Assembly (NCBI GenBank): GCA_000993205.1
Contig: LBVU01000003.1
Span: forward strand, 85,820 to 149,819
Reading direction: 5' to 3'
DNA length: 64,000 nt
Source: Candidatus Woesebacteria bacterium GW2011_GWB1_39_10
GTDB taxonomy: Bacteria; Patescibacteriota; Microgenomatia; UBA8517
Position 1 is the first letter of the stretch; each line of letters starts with the position of its first letter. A model generated the notes under the pieces. That model was not told the origin of the DNA. It worked only from the letters and a program-made list of their open reading frames with translations, and searched no databases. The translations under genes and the position numbers were made by a program. This document shows positions 9,448 through 17,327 of the stretch, one piece after another.

Positions 9448-9516
9448 ATTCACGCCTTTTTGTCAAATATGCGTGAATTTATGTCAAAAGTCGCCCAAAT
9501 TCACGCCAAATTCACC
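9448..9516. promoter_or_regulatory. TTCACGC repeat cluster (putative operator) in the Fic/DinD divergent promoter region
   Basis: ATTCACGCC (9448-9456), inverted GCGTGAAT (9471-9478), ATTCACGCC (9499-9507), AATTCACC (9509-9516). The spacer carries a TGTCAAA x2 direct repeat. Confidence 0.5.
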
Positions 9517-9534
9517 TTCCGAAGTCTTTCCTTG

Positions 9535-9563
9535 CCCTTCCGTAGCCTTGGCGAAGGAGGGTC
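9535..9563 (+). repeat. GC-rich ~29-bp repeat family, copy A (intergenic)
   Basis: 'CCCTTCCGTAGCCTTGGCGAAGGAGGGTC'. See copies at 29001, 29481, 49411 and 49945. Confidence 0.7.
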
Positions 9564-9695
9564 TCTAGCTTTTGTTATCAGTTCCTTGCAGGGTTTCTGC
9601 TTACAAGGAGTCATACTACTTGAAGGCGTTCCTTCCAAGGTGCACAAAAAAACCATATCTTGACTTCGGGTAATGTTTGGTTCTAAAGTGTATGT

Positions 9696-10523
9696 ATGGC
9701 CAAAACTTCTAAGATTGCATTATTTGAGGGGAATAAAATACGCAGGCATTGGGATAACAATAAAGAATTGTGGTATTTTTCTGTTGTCGACGTTGTCCAA
9801 ACACTAACAGATCAACCAGATTTTACCAGGGCCCGTAAATATTGGAATAAATTAGCAGAAAGACTTCGAAAAGAAGGAAGCGAGTCGGTGACAAAATGTC
9901 ACCAACTGAAAATGAAATCCTCTGATGGCAAATACTATCTTACTGATGTGGCGGACACTGAAACAATGTTACGTTTAATTCAGTCAATCCCCTCCCCAAA
10001 AGCCGAGCCTTTCAAATTATGGCTGGCCAGCGTAGGTTATGAACGATTGGAAGAAACTGCCGATCCGGAATTGGCTATTAATCGCGCTTTAAAAACATAT
10101 TTACAAAAAGGCTACAGCAGAGAATGGATCAACCAGCGTTTAAAAAGTATTGAAATTCGAAAAGAATTAACTGATGAATGGGAAAGCCGTGGGGTAAAAG
10201 AAGGGTTGGAATTTGCAATTTTAACCAATGAAATTACTGAAGCCTGGGCCGGGTTAACTACTAAACAATACAAAAATCTCAAAGGATTAAAGAAAGAGAA
10301 CTTAAGAGACAATATGACTAACTTGGAATTAGTTTTAAACATGTTGGCAGAAACAGCCACAACTGAAATTTCTCAAAAAAGAAAACCCAAAAACTTTCCT
10401 GAAAACAAAAAGGTTGCCAAAGAAGGAGGAACTGTGGCGGGGAACGCAAGACGCGAAATAGAATCAAAAACAGGTAAAAAAGTGATTACCGGAAAGAATG
10501 CTAAGAAATTGAAACTTATATGA
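9696..10523 (+). CDS. DNA-damage-inducible protein D (DinD)-like / Bro-N domain protein
   Basis: 'IALFEGNKIRRHWDNNKELWYFSVVDVVQTLTD...IQSIPSPKAEPFKLWLASVGYERLEE' matches the DinD/Bro-N antirepressor-type family from memory. Confidence 0.75.
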   Translation: MAKTSKIALFEGNKIRRHWDNNKELWYFSVVDVVQTLTDQPDFTRARKYWNKLAERLRKEGSESVTKCHQLKMKSSDGKYYLTDVADTETMLRLIQSIPSPKAEPFKLWLASVGYERLEETADPELAINRALKTYLQKGYSREWINQRLKSIEIRKELTDEWESRGVKEGLEFAILTNEITEAWAGLTTKQYKNLKGLKKENLRDNMTNLELVLNMLAETATTEISQKRKPKNFPENKKVAKEGGTVAGNARREIESKTGKKVITGKNAKKLKLI

Positions 10524-10552
10524 TCGTTGTGTTCACAACATCACTATCGATG

Positions 10553-12988
10553 TTACCTTCCAAAGTCTTTATTGCTATCATCTCCCATTAGTCTTGAAGT
10601 TGGGAAATGGGGACCGCCTGCTTCTCCCGGTCTGTCGCTATTTCCAAAATCACGTCTTGGTCCACCAAAACCCGTTCTTGGACCTCTCGAAAATCCACCA
10701 CTTCTTCCTCCACTAAAACCTCCTCTTGAGCCTCCTCCAAAACCACCCCGTCCTTCACCGAATCCACCTCGTGAACCTCCGCCGAACCCACCGCGTCCGC
10801 CGCCCCTTGGTCTTTCCTCTCTCGGTTTATCTTTTGCCGGGTCCATGTTCATAGAGAGATTAATTCTTCCCATTTCGTCAATTTTGACTACACGAACCTT
10901 TACTTTATCGCCGATTTTAACAACATCGTTGGCGTCGGCTACAAATTCCTCTCGGCCCATGTCGCTTACATGTACCATTCCGTCTTTTCCGGGAAGAATA
11001 TTCACGAATGCTCCAAAAGGCATAATTCTAACAACTTCTCCGTCATAAATTTCTCCTGCTTGGACTTCTTTTGCAAAACCTTCGACGTAGGAAATTGCTG
11101 ACTGCATCTTTTCAGGATCAACTCCGCTTACCGCAACGCTTCCGTCATCGCTAACATCCACCGTTACTCCAAAGTCTGCCATAACCTTCTTAATATTCTT
11201 CCCTCCGGGGCCAATAAACTCACCAATCTTATCGACCGGAATCTTAACAACTTGAATCTTGGGCGCATATTGCGAAACTGTCTTTCTGGGTTCGGCTAGA
11301 GTATCAACAATCGCTTTCATCACCTGTCCTCTGGCATCTTTTGATTGTTCTAATGCCTTTTCTAAAATTTCGGGTGTTAAATTTAAGGTTTTAACATCAA
11401 GCTGAAGCGCTGTAATCCCCTTTTCCGTTCCCGCGACCTTAAAGTCCATGTCACCGTTATAATCCTCGATTCCCATGATGTCGCTTAGGACCGCAAATTC
11501 TTTCTCACTACTTCCGAATATAAGTCCCATCGCAATTCCGGCAACCGGAGCTTTTATGGGAACTCCTGCGTCCATCAACGAAAGAGTAGACCCAACAACT
11601 GAAGCCATAGAAGTCGAGCCGTTTGAACTCATTACTTCGCTGACTACGCGGATAGCATATGGAAAGTCATCTTGAGATGGGATAACCGGCTCAAGAGCCC
11701 GCTCGGCCAAAGCTCCGTGTCCAATTTCACGCCTGCCGGGATTTCCAAATCTCCCAACCTCACCGCTGGCGTAAGGAGGCATGGAATATTGGTGCATATA
11801 GCGCTTTTCTGCTTCACCCTCGGCAGATTCCAAGAGTTGACCCATTGATTGGGCGCCAAGTGTGGCGACAGAAAGAACATGGGTTTGACCCCTCTTGAAC
11901 AATGCCGATCCATGGACTCGTGGTAAATATCCGACTTCTCCGGATAATTTTCTTACCTCCGTCAGTTTTCGTCCGTCGGGGCGAATTCCCTTTTTAAGAA
12001 TTTGCTCACGAATGAAATCTTTCTTCATGTGATCAACAATTTCCGGTACCCATTTTGCGTCTGTCTCAGTTACATTTTCCGTAACGGCGTCGATTAAATC
12101 AGCCAGTTCAGTAGATCTTCCATTTTCAACCTGAACCAAACTTGCTACAACGCCGGCAATTTTGTCTCCAACTAATTTTTTGACTTGATTTTCAAGTTCA
12201 GCTGATGGCTTTTCTTCTTTGTATGTTTCGCGGGTTCTGCCAACCTCTTTAGAAAGATCTTCTATTAATTTAAGAACTGCTTTGGATTCTTTGAATGCAA
12301 GTTCAACGCCTTTTACAATTTGTGCCTCAGTTACTTCATTTGCGCCGGCCTCGACCATCAAAACCGCCTCTTTTGTTGAAGAAACGGTAAGATTCATTAA
12401 AGAAGCCTTCATCTCAGATGCTATCGGATTAATTTTGTATTTATCTTCGATCAAACCAACTGTTAGGGGAGCCACTGGGCCTTTCCAGGGAAGAGTCGAG
12501 ACGTGAATTGCAGCGCTTGCGGCAATTGCGCCCAAAGTCTTTGGATCATTTTCCATGTCAACGGAAAGAACGGTAACTGTAACCTGAACTTCCATTTTGT
12601 AGGATTTGGGGAAAAGCGGACGGATTGAACGATCGATTAGGCGGGCGGAAAGAATCTCATCATCGGTTGGTCTACCTTCTTTTTTAACCCATTTGCTTCC
12701 TTTAATTCGTCCTCCTGCATAAAGCCTTTCAAGATAGTCGACGGAAAGAGGAAAATAATCCATTTCCATTTTCATGGGCGCCGAGGCGACGGTTGCAAGA
12801 ACAACAGTATCACCGTGTCTGGCTATAACTGCTCCCCCTGCCTGTTCAGCAAGTTCTCCTGTTGAAAGGGTAAGGGTTCTGCCTCCAAGTTCTATACTTT
12901 TTTCGATCTTTTTCATTATTTTGAGGTAAGTTTGAAGATTGAGTTCTGAGGTCTCACTACTATCGTGAGACACCATTTCCAATCTCAA
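10553..12988 (-). CDS. pnp: Polyribonucleotide nucleotidyltransferase (PNPase) with a C-terminal RGG/RG-rich tail
   Basis: Two RNase PH domains, KH and S1 ('GEIYDGEVVRIMPFGAFV'), then a ~95-aa 'RGGGRGGFGGGSRGGFGEGRGGFGGGSRGGF...' tail. The true start is probably M25 at 12916 ('MKKIEKSIELGGRTLTLSTGELA'). Confidence 0.9.
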   Translation of the reverse strand: MRLEMVSHDSSETSELNLQTYLKIMKKIEKSIELGGRTLTLSTGELAEQAGGAVIARHGDTVVLATVASAPMKMEMDYFPLSVDYLERLYAGGRIKGSKWVKKEGRPTDDEILSARLIDRSIRPLFPKSYKMEVQVTVTVLSVDMENDPKTLGAIAASAAIHVSTLPWKGPVAPLTVGLIEDKYKINPIASEMKASLMNLTVSSTKEAVLMVEAGANEVTEAQIVKGVELAFKESKAVLKLIEDLSKEVGRTRETYKEEKPSAELENQVKKLVGDKIAGVVASLVQVENGRSTELADLIDAVTENVTETDAKWVPEIVDHMKKDFIREQILKKGIRPDGRKLTEVRKLSGEVGYLPRVHGSALFKRGQTHVLSVATLGAQSMGQLLESAEGEAEKRYMHQYSMPPYASGEVGRFGNPGRREIGHGALAERALEPVIPSQDDFPYAIRVVSEVMSSNGSTSMASVVGSTLSLMDAGVPIKAPVAGIAMGLIFGSSEKEFAVLSDIMGIEDYNGDMDFKVAGTEKGITALQLDVKTLNLTPEILEKALEQSKDARGQVMKAIVDTLAEPRKTVSQYAPKIQVVKIPVDKIGEFIGPGGKNIKKVMADFGVTVDVSDDGSVAVSGVDPEKMQSAISYVEGFAKEVQAGEIYDGEVVRIMPFGAFVNILPGKDGMVHVSDMGREEFVADANDVVKIGDKVKVRVVKIDEMGRINLSMNMDPAKDKPREERPRGGGRGGFGGGSRGGFGEGRGGFGGGSRGGFSGGRSGGFSRGPRTGFGGPRRDFGNSDRPGEAGGPHFPTSRLMGDDSNKDFGR

Positions 12989-13002
12989 ACTTACTTATTA
13001 TA

Positions 13003-13272
13003 TTACTTCTCTATCTTTAAGTCACTGGCCAATTTCGCAAACCTCTCTTCATCGCGTCTTTTTAGATAGCTTAAAAGCCTTCGTCTTTTGGCTACCATTG
13101 AAAGGAGTCCGCGCCTACTGTGAACATCTTTTTTGTGTTCTTTTAGATGGGTGACAAGTTTGTCTATCTGATTAGAAAGAAGTGCAATTTGAACTTCAGG
13201 AGAACCTGTGTCACCTTTCTCGCGGGAAAACTTCTTAATTATGTCCTGTTTTGTATCTTTGGCTAGTGCCAT
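13003..13272 (-). CDS. rpsO: 30S ribosomal protein S15
   Basis: 89 aa '...SPEVQIALLSNQIDKLVTHLKEHKKDVHSRRGLLSMVAKRRRLLSYL'. Classic rpsO-pnp arrangement. Confidence 0.95.
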   Translation of the reverse strand: MALAKDTKQDIIKKFSREKGDTGSPEVQIALLSNQIDKLVTHLKEHKKDVHSRRGLLSMVAKRRRLLSYLKRRDEERFAKLASDLKIEK

Positions 13273-13405
13273 ATGTGTGTCATGAGAAGCAAAGTAGGTC
13301 TTGAGTCTGTCGAATGGACGAACCTAGCTTTCATCTTGTGAATGATATCACAGGCAAGGGAAAAAGTAAAAGGGAAAGTAAGAGCTTTTCACCATAGGCA
13401 TCGGC

Positions 13406-13798
13406 TTACCAAATAGTTTCTAGTGGGAAGGTCGACCTCAAGATTTTGTCTTTTGTAACAAGTTTTGATCCTGTCAAAATTGCTGTAGAAATAATAATTC
13501 GGTCGTGAATATTTATGTTTTTGGGTAATTCATAGCCGATCTTAAGAATTTCTTCATTTAGGGAAATAACAACAAATTCTGCGTGACTTAAAAAGCCTAT
13601 GAACTCCGAGAAGACAAAATCTTTTTCTTTCAAACTTATGTGAAATGCCTCAAAAAGAACAATCGAGGAAACAAACGCTACCGAGTTACCCAAAAAAGCA
13701 TCATCCAAAATTAGCCTAGCTTCTTTAGATAATGTTTCTGAATTCTTAAAATACCAAACCAAAGCATGGGTATCAAAAGAATATTTAGGTAAGCTCAT
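13406..13798 (-). CDS. PIN-domain toxin (VapC-like)
   Basis: Conserved acidic residues in 'FDTHALVWY', 'LFEAF', 'IHDRIII' and 'TKDK'. Overlaps the upstream antitoxin gene by 14 nt. Confidence 0.8.
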   Translation of the reverse strand: MSLPKYSFDTHALVWYFKNSETLSKEARLILDDAFLGNSVAFVSSIVLFEAFHISLKEKDFVFSEFIGFLSHAEFVVISLNEEILKIGYELPKNINIHDRIIISTAILTGSKLVTKDKILRSTFPLETIW

Positions 13799-14054
13799 CT
13801 ACAATTTTGTCCAAACTCGAAGTAACTTCGTCTATGTCTTTCTCAGTGATTTCAGGACCTTTAAATATGCCGAATGGGGTTTTGTATTTTGCCCACAACT
13901 TTTGACTTTTGGAAGCTGTGAAGGATTTTTCCTCTACAAACTTTTTTAGATGATTATTAATAACAGCGCTCAAAGTTAATCCCAGCTCAGCAGCTGTTTT
14001 CTGGGCCTTGGCCTTAAGTTTCGAGTCAGTTCTAATAATAATGGTGCTTGTCAT
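13785..14054 (-). CDS. RelB/DinJ-like ribbon-helix-helix antitoxin
   Basis: 'IIRTDSKLKAKAQKTAAELGLTLSAVINNHLKKFVEE' RHH pattern, placed upstream of the PIN toxin. Confidence 0.7.
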   Translation of the reverse strand: MTSTIIIRTDSKLKAKAQKTAAELGLTLSAVINNHLKKFVEEKSFTASKSQKLWAKYKTPFGIFKGPEITEKDIDEVTSSLDKIVDELT

Positions 14055-14082
14055 ATATACACAGTATATATGTTCACTGTGT
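14052..14082. promoter_or_regulatory. Overlapping palindromes (putative TA operator) at the antitoxin start
   Basis: CATATATAC-aca-GTATATATG (14052-14072) and ACACAGT-N10-ACTGTGT (14059-14082). The first overlaps the start codon. Confidence 0.55.
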
Positions 14083-14144
14083 GAATTGTCAAATCTGTCG
14101 GGTAGATAGGTACGGTTAAAGAAATAAGGAAAATGTTGCGCGGA

Positions 14145-14759
14145 CTATCTTTCAATATTTAATATCGCAGTTCCAGATTTTAATCTTACATCCCATTGAC
14201 CGACATTATAACCAAATGCTTTATATAATACCCGTCTGGCCGAAAGTCTAGCTTTTGAATCTTCGCTTAATTCACCCGGTTTATCCCCACCGATAAGTTG
14301 GACAAAGATATTGTCTCCTCTGGAAAGAGTTTCTTTCAAGGATGATTTCATCGCCTTAAAAAAGGCATCACGGTCTTTATCTTCAATCAGAAGTCTGATC
14401 GCGTAGTCTCTATCTTTTTCCGCGTGTACAACTTCTGGAATACTATCGTCCCCTTCGTAAACTAAGGCATGAGATATTTCTGTTTTGGGGTTAAACGAGA
14501 ATTGTTTTAAATCTATTCCGATCGCATTTCCCAACCTTCTGTATGCGGAGATTAACTCCTTCCCGTCTTCGGTCGCCGGATTGGCCACCAACGACAACAT
14601 TCCATTCTTAGCGCCAACCACAACCCCGTTCATCATATTTGCAAAATCTTCATAACCTCTGTCGGGCTTTTCCCAGTATTTACGGGCATATATCAAGTCT
14701 TTATCAGGTTTGTTAATGAGGGTCTCATGCTGCGGTATTACTGAGTCCAGTTTATCCAT
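14145..14759 (-). CDS. Hypothetical protein
   Basis: 204 aa ORF within the infB-rpsO cluster. No recognisable motifs. Confidence 0.5.
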   Translation of the reverse strand: MDKLDSVIPQHETLINKPDKDLIYARKYWEKPDRGYEDFANMMNGVVVGAKNGMLSLVANPATEDGKELISAYRRLGNAIGIDLKQFSFNPKTEISHALVYEGDDSIPEVVHAEKDRDYAIRLLIEDKDRDAFFKAMKSSLKETLSRGDNIFVQLIGGDKPGELSEDSKARLSARRVLYKAFGYNVGQWDVRLKSGTAILNIER

Positions 14760-14773
14760 CTACAAATTATATA

Positions 14774-15736
14774 TTATCCTTTATTCTCACTGTAGGTATC
14801 GGGTTGATTAGTAGAAGCGCCTTTGAATATTTTTGGCTGGAGCCAATCGTCGGGCGGGTTTACATCTTGTTCCGTCTCCTGAGTACCATTTATATCTTGG
14901 GCATCTAACTCCTGAGGCTGGGGAACTTGAGGTTGAGCATTCATAATTGGTCTTGAAAACGGCTGGGTTGGAATTGCGCCCGGCGGGAAACTGGCGGGGC
15001 TTAATCTGGTTTTTGGCAGTCGTTGTCCGCCGCTTCTTAAAAGATAGGCAAATGTTTCAAAAGTTTCGGCAGTTACGTCGCTTCCGGCAAAATTGCTGCT
15101 GCCTTCCTCAACTCCCATAATAAGGTTTGTGGCAATGTCGGGCTCCATATTTAAACTATTTTCTTTAATTAGGTTGGCAATCAGCTCACTGGTGGATGCT
15201 CCCGGTTTGGCAAACGACATAACTTCGCTATTTGATGCAAGAACTCTTGTTCCGATGTGTACAACTTTTGCCCCTGCAAAATCCCCGGAAGAAAGAATCG
15301 GGAAATGGGAATCGTTAGCCCCGCCAATCAATATGACCAAGTCAGACGCTACACCGGCATAACTTAAATCCAATTGTTCTTTTTGGGGCGCGACAAAACC
15401 CGTCTTTGGTACAACTATAAGTTTGAATTCACCCTGTTCAATGTCATAACTGACTTTTTCGATATTGTTCGCATCATACCCCTCAAATTTTATCGTCAAA
15501 TTTTTATTTCCAATCTCCCCGACAATTTTATCTATTCCTATCAAACGGTTAAAACCAACAAGCATGGGGGAGGAACTTGCTATCGTCACGTCTTTTCCCG
15601 ATCTCAAAGAGAGATATAACGAAAGACCTGCGGCTACCTGATCAAAATATGGTTTTGTAGGCAACAAAACAAGAATTGAGGTGGCAGAGTCAATTAATTG
15701 TGAGAAGCTGTCTTGCATTTTTGTATCCGTCTCCAA
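14774..15736 (-). CDS. DHH/NrnA-like protein with degenerate catalytic motifs
   Basis: 'LPTKPYFDQVAAGLSLYLSL' and 'LIGGANDSHF' resemble DHH motifs I and III, but the Asp/His residues are largely substituted. Q/P-rich C-terminal tail. Confidence 0.45.
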   Translation of the reverse strand: METDTKMQDSFSQLIDSATSILVLLPTKPYFDQVAAGLSLYLSLRSGKDVTIASSSPMLVGFNRLIGIDKIVGEIGNKNLTIKFEGYDANNIEKVSYDIEQGEFKLIVVPKTGFVAPQKEQLDLSYAGVASDLVILIGGANDSHFPILSSGDFAGAKVVHIGTRVLASNSEVMSFAKPGASTSELIANLIKENSLNMEPDIATNLIMGVEEGSSNFAGSDVTAETFETFAYLLRSGGQRLPKTRLSPASFPPGAIPTQPFSRPIMNAQPQVPQPQELDAQDINGTQETEQDVNPPDDWLQPKIFKGASTNQPDTYSENKG

Positions 15737-15766
15737 TTTGTAAATTGAAAATTGAAAATTCCGCTC

Positions 15767-17197
15767 CTAGCGGATGGATACTATCACGTCACCCACCCCG
15801 AAATCAAGCTGAGGTTCAAGTATCGCTCCGAATTCTTCGGAAGGTCCAACCGAGGCAACCTCATTTTTTTGTTTTCTGATTGAAACTATTTTTGCCTTTC
15901 CTATTGTTTTTTCGTTCCTTAAAAGAACGACTGTGTCACCTTTTGTGATTCTGCCGCTAACTACTTTTGCGCCGGCAACTTTTTTGTTATTAAAAGGAAA
16001 ACTCGCCAATATGTTTGCGCGTCCTATTTCCTGGATCTTACCTTTTTTAAGTATTTCTTCCAACCTCTGTATAAACTCATAAATTATTTCAAATCTTTCC
16101 AATCTCACATTCTCCGCTTCTGCCAGTTTGGTCACATCGCTTCCTATTTTGGACTCAAAAGAAAAGATATAAGCATTTCCGGTTTTGGCCGCAATTACAT
16201 CCGACGAATTTATTTCTCCGACTCCGTTATCAACAACAATAATTTTAGGCGGAATGGACGCGATAATTGCTTCCAGTGCCCCCGCATTACTAGCCTTAAT
16301 TATTATCGGGATCTCGTCTTCCCGAAGCCGCCTAAGATCAAAAGTTCCTCGAGCCTTCGGAGGCGCAGACCCCGAACTTGCTTCAGGGTTTTCGCCAACT
16401 CTGGCTCCAACCGGCGGAACCAGGCTAAAACCAATAACTTTCGCGGGGTACCCCGGCAAGACTTCGCGAATTGTTTTTCCTTTATCATCAAATAATCCGC
16501 GTACTTTGCAAAGAACTTCTTCGGCAAAAATTGTCTGACCCACCTTTATACTGCCGTTTCTGACAACTACTGAAGCCACCTGACCCATCTTTTCCTTGTT
16601 TGACTCAATAACGACACCTTCAAGATCTGCCGCCGGGTCCCCTTTTAAATCGGCGACTTCAGACATTAGAATAATCATTTCTAATAGTTCCTTTATCCCC
16701 GTCCCGATTTTTGCCGAAACCGAGAAAAAAGGAACATCTCCACCACGTCCTTCAAAAAAAACCTGCTCTTTTTCAAGCTGTCCTTTAAGCGCCTCAACAT
16801 TAACCCCGACAACGTCTGCCTTAGTTCCCGCAACAAGAAATGGGATTTTAGCATCCCGTATTATTTGTAAGGCTTCCTTGGTCTGGGGAGCAACTCCATC
16901 GTCTTGAGCAACCACAAGTACGGCAATATCGGCAATTTTAGCTCCGCGACTGCGCATCTTGGTAAATGCCGCATGTCCCGGAGTATCTATGAAGGTTATT
17001 TTTTTATTTATCCCGCCTGTGGACGGGACCTCAATTACACTGGCCCCTATTGCTTGTGTTATTCCTCCCGCCTCAGCACCAGCCACATTAGTTTTTCTTA
17101 TCGCGTCTAGCAACGTGGTTTTTCCATGATCGACATGGCCGAGCACCACAACAATTGGCGGGCGTGTTTGATTATTTTGATTTTTATTTTCTTCCAT
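15767..17197 (-). CDS. infB: Translation initiation factor IF-2 (short form lacking N-terminal domains)
   Basis: 'VVVLGHVDHGKTTLLDAIR...DTPGH...' G-domain, then domain II and the C-terminal domains. 476 aa. Confidence 0.9.
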   Translation of the reverse strand: MEENKNQNNQTRPPIVVVLGHVDHGKTTLLDAIRKTNVAGAEAGGITQAIGASVIEVPSTGGINKKITFIDTPGHAAFTKMRSRGAKIADIAVLVVAQDDGVAPQTKEALQIIRDAKIPFLVAGTKADVVGVNVEALKGQLEKEQVFFEGRGGDVPFFSVSAKIGTGIKELLEMIILMSEVADLKGDPAADLEGVVIESNKEKMGQVASVVVRNGSIKVGQTIFAEEVLCKVRGLFDDKGKTIREVLPGYPAKVIGFSLVPPVGARVGENPEASSGSAPPKARGTFDLRRLREDEIPIIIKASNAGALEAIIASIPPKIIVVDNGVGEINSSDVIAAKTGNAYIFSFESKIGSDVTKLAEAENVRLERFEIIYEFIQRLEEILKKGKIQEIGRANILASFPFNNKKVAGAKVVSGRITKGDTVVLLRNEKTIGKAKIVSIRKQKNEVASVGPSEEFGAILEPQLDFGVGDVIVSIR

Positions 17198-17245
17198 AAT
17201 GTCATCCTGGAGTCCCGCACTGCGGGACGATAGGATCTTATTCAG
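17198..17245 (-). promoter_or_regulatory. infB 5'-leader element, AATAAGATCCTATCG-[hairpin]-CTCCAGGATGACA, with the SD inside the outer stem
   Basis: On the mRNA strand: CTGAATAAGATCCTATC-GTCCCGCAGTGCGGGAC-TCCAGGATGACATT-ATG. The inner perfect hairpin is 17212-17228. ATCCT/AGGAT pairing would occlude the AGGA SD. Near-identical architecture upstream of dnaK. Confidence 0.6.
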
Positions 17246-17327
17246 AATTTAGAAAACGGAAGTTAGATTACGAAGACTGATGTTTGAAATTCGGCCACAA
17301 AGTGGTTCATAATTCGATCTTCAATGT

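Noticed and set aside
9370-9663. 97-aa ORF in the Fic/DinD intergenic region
   Set aside because: It spans promoter/operator repeats and the GC-rich repeat copy, has no SD, and is more plausibly non-coding regulatory DNA.
10527-11048. Plus-strand 173-aa Pro-rich ORF
   Set aside because: It is the antisense image of the pnp RGG-tail coding region (GGN codons read as CCN).
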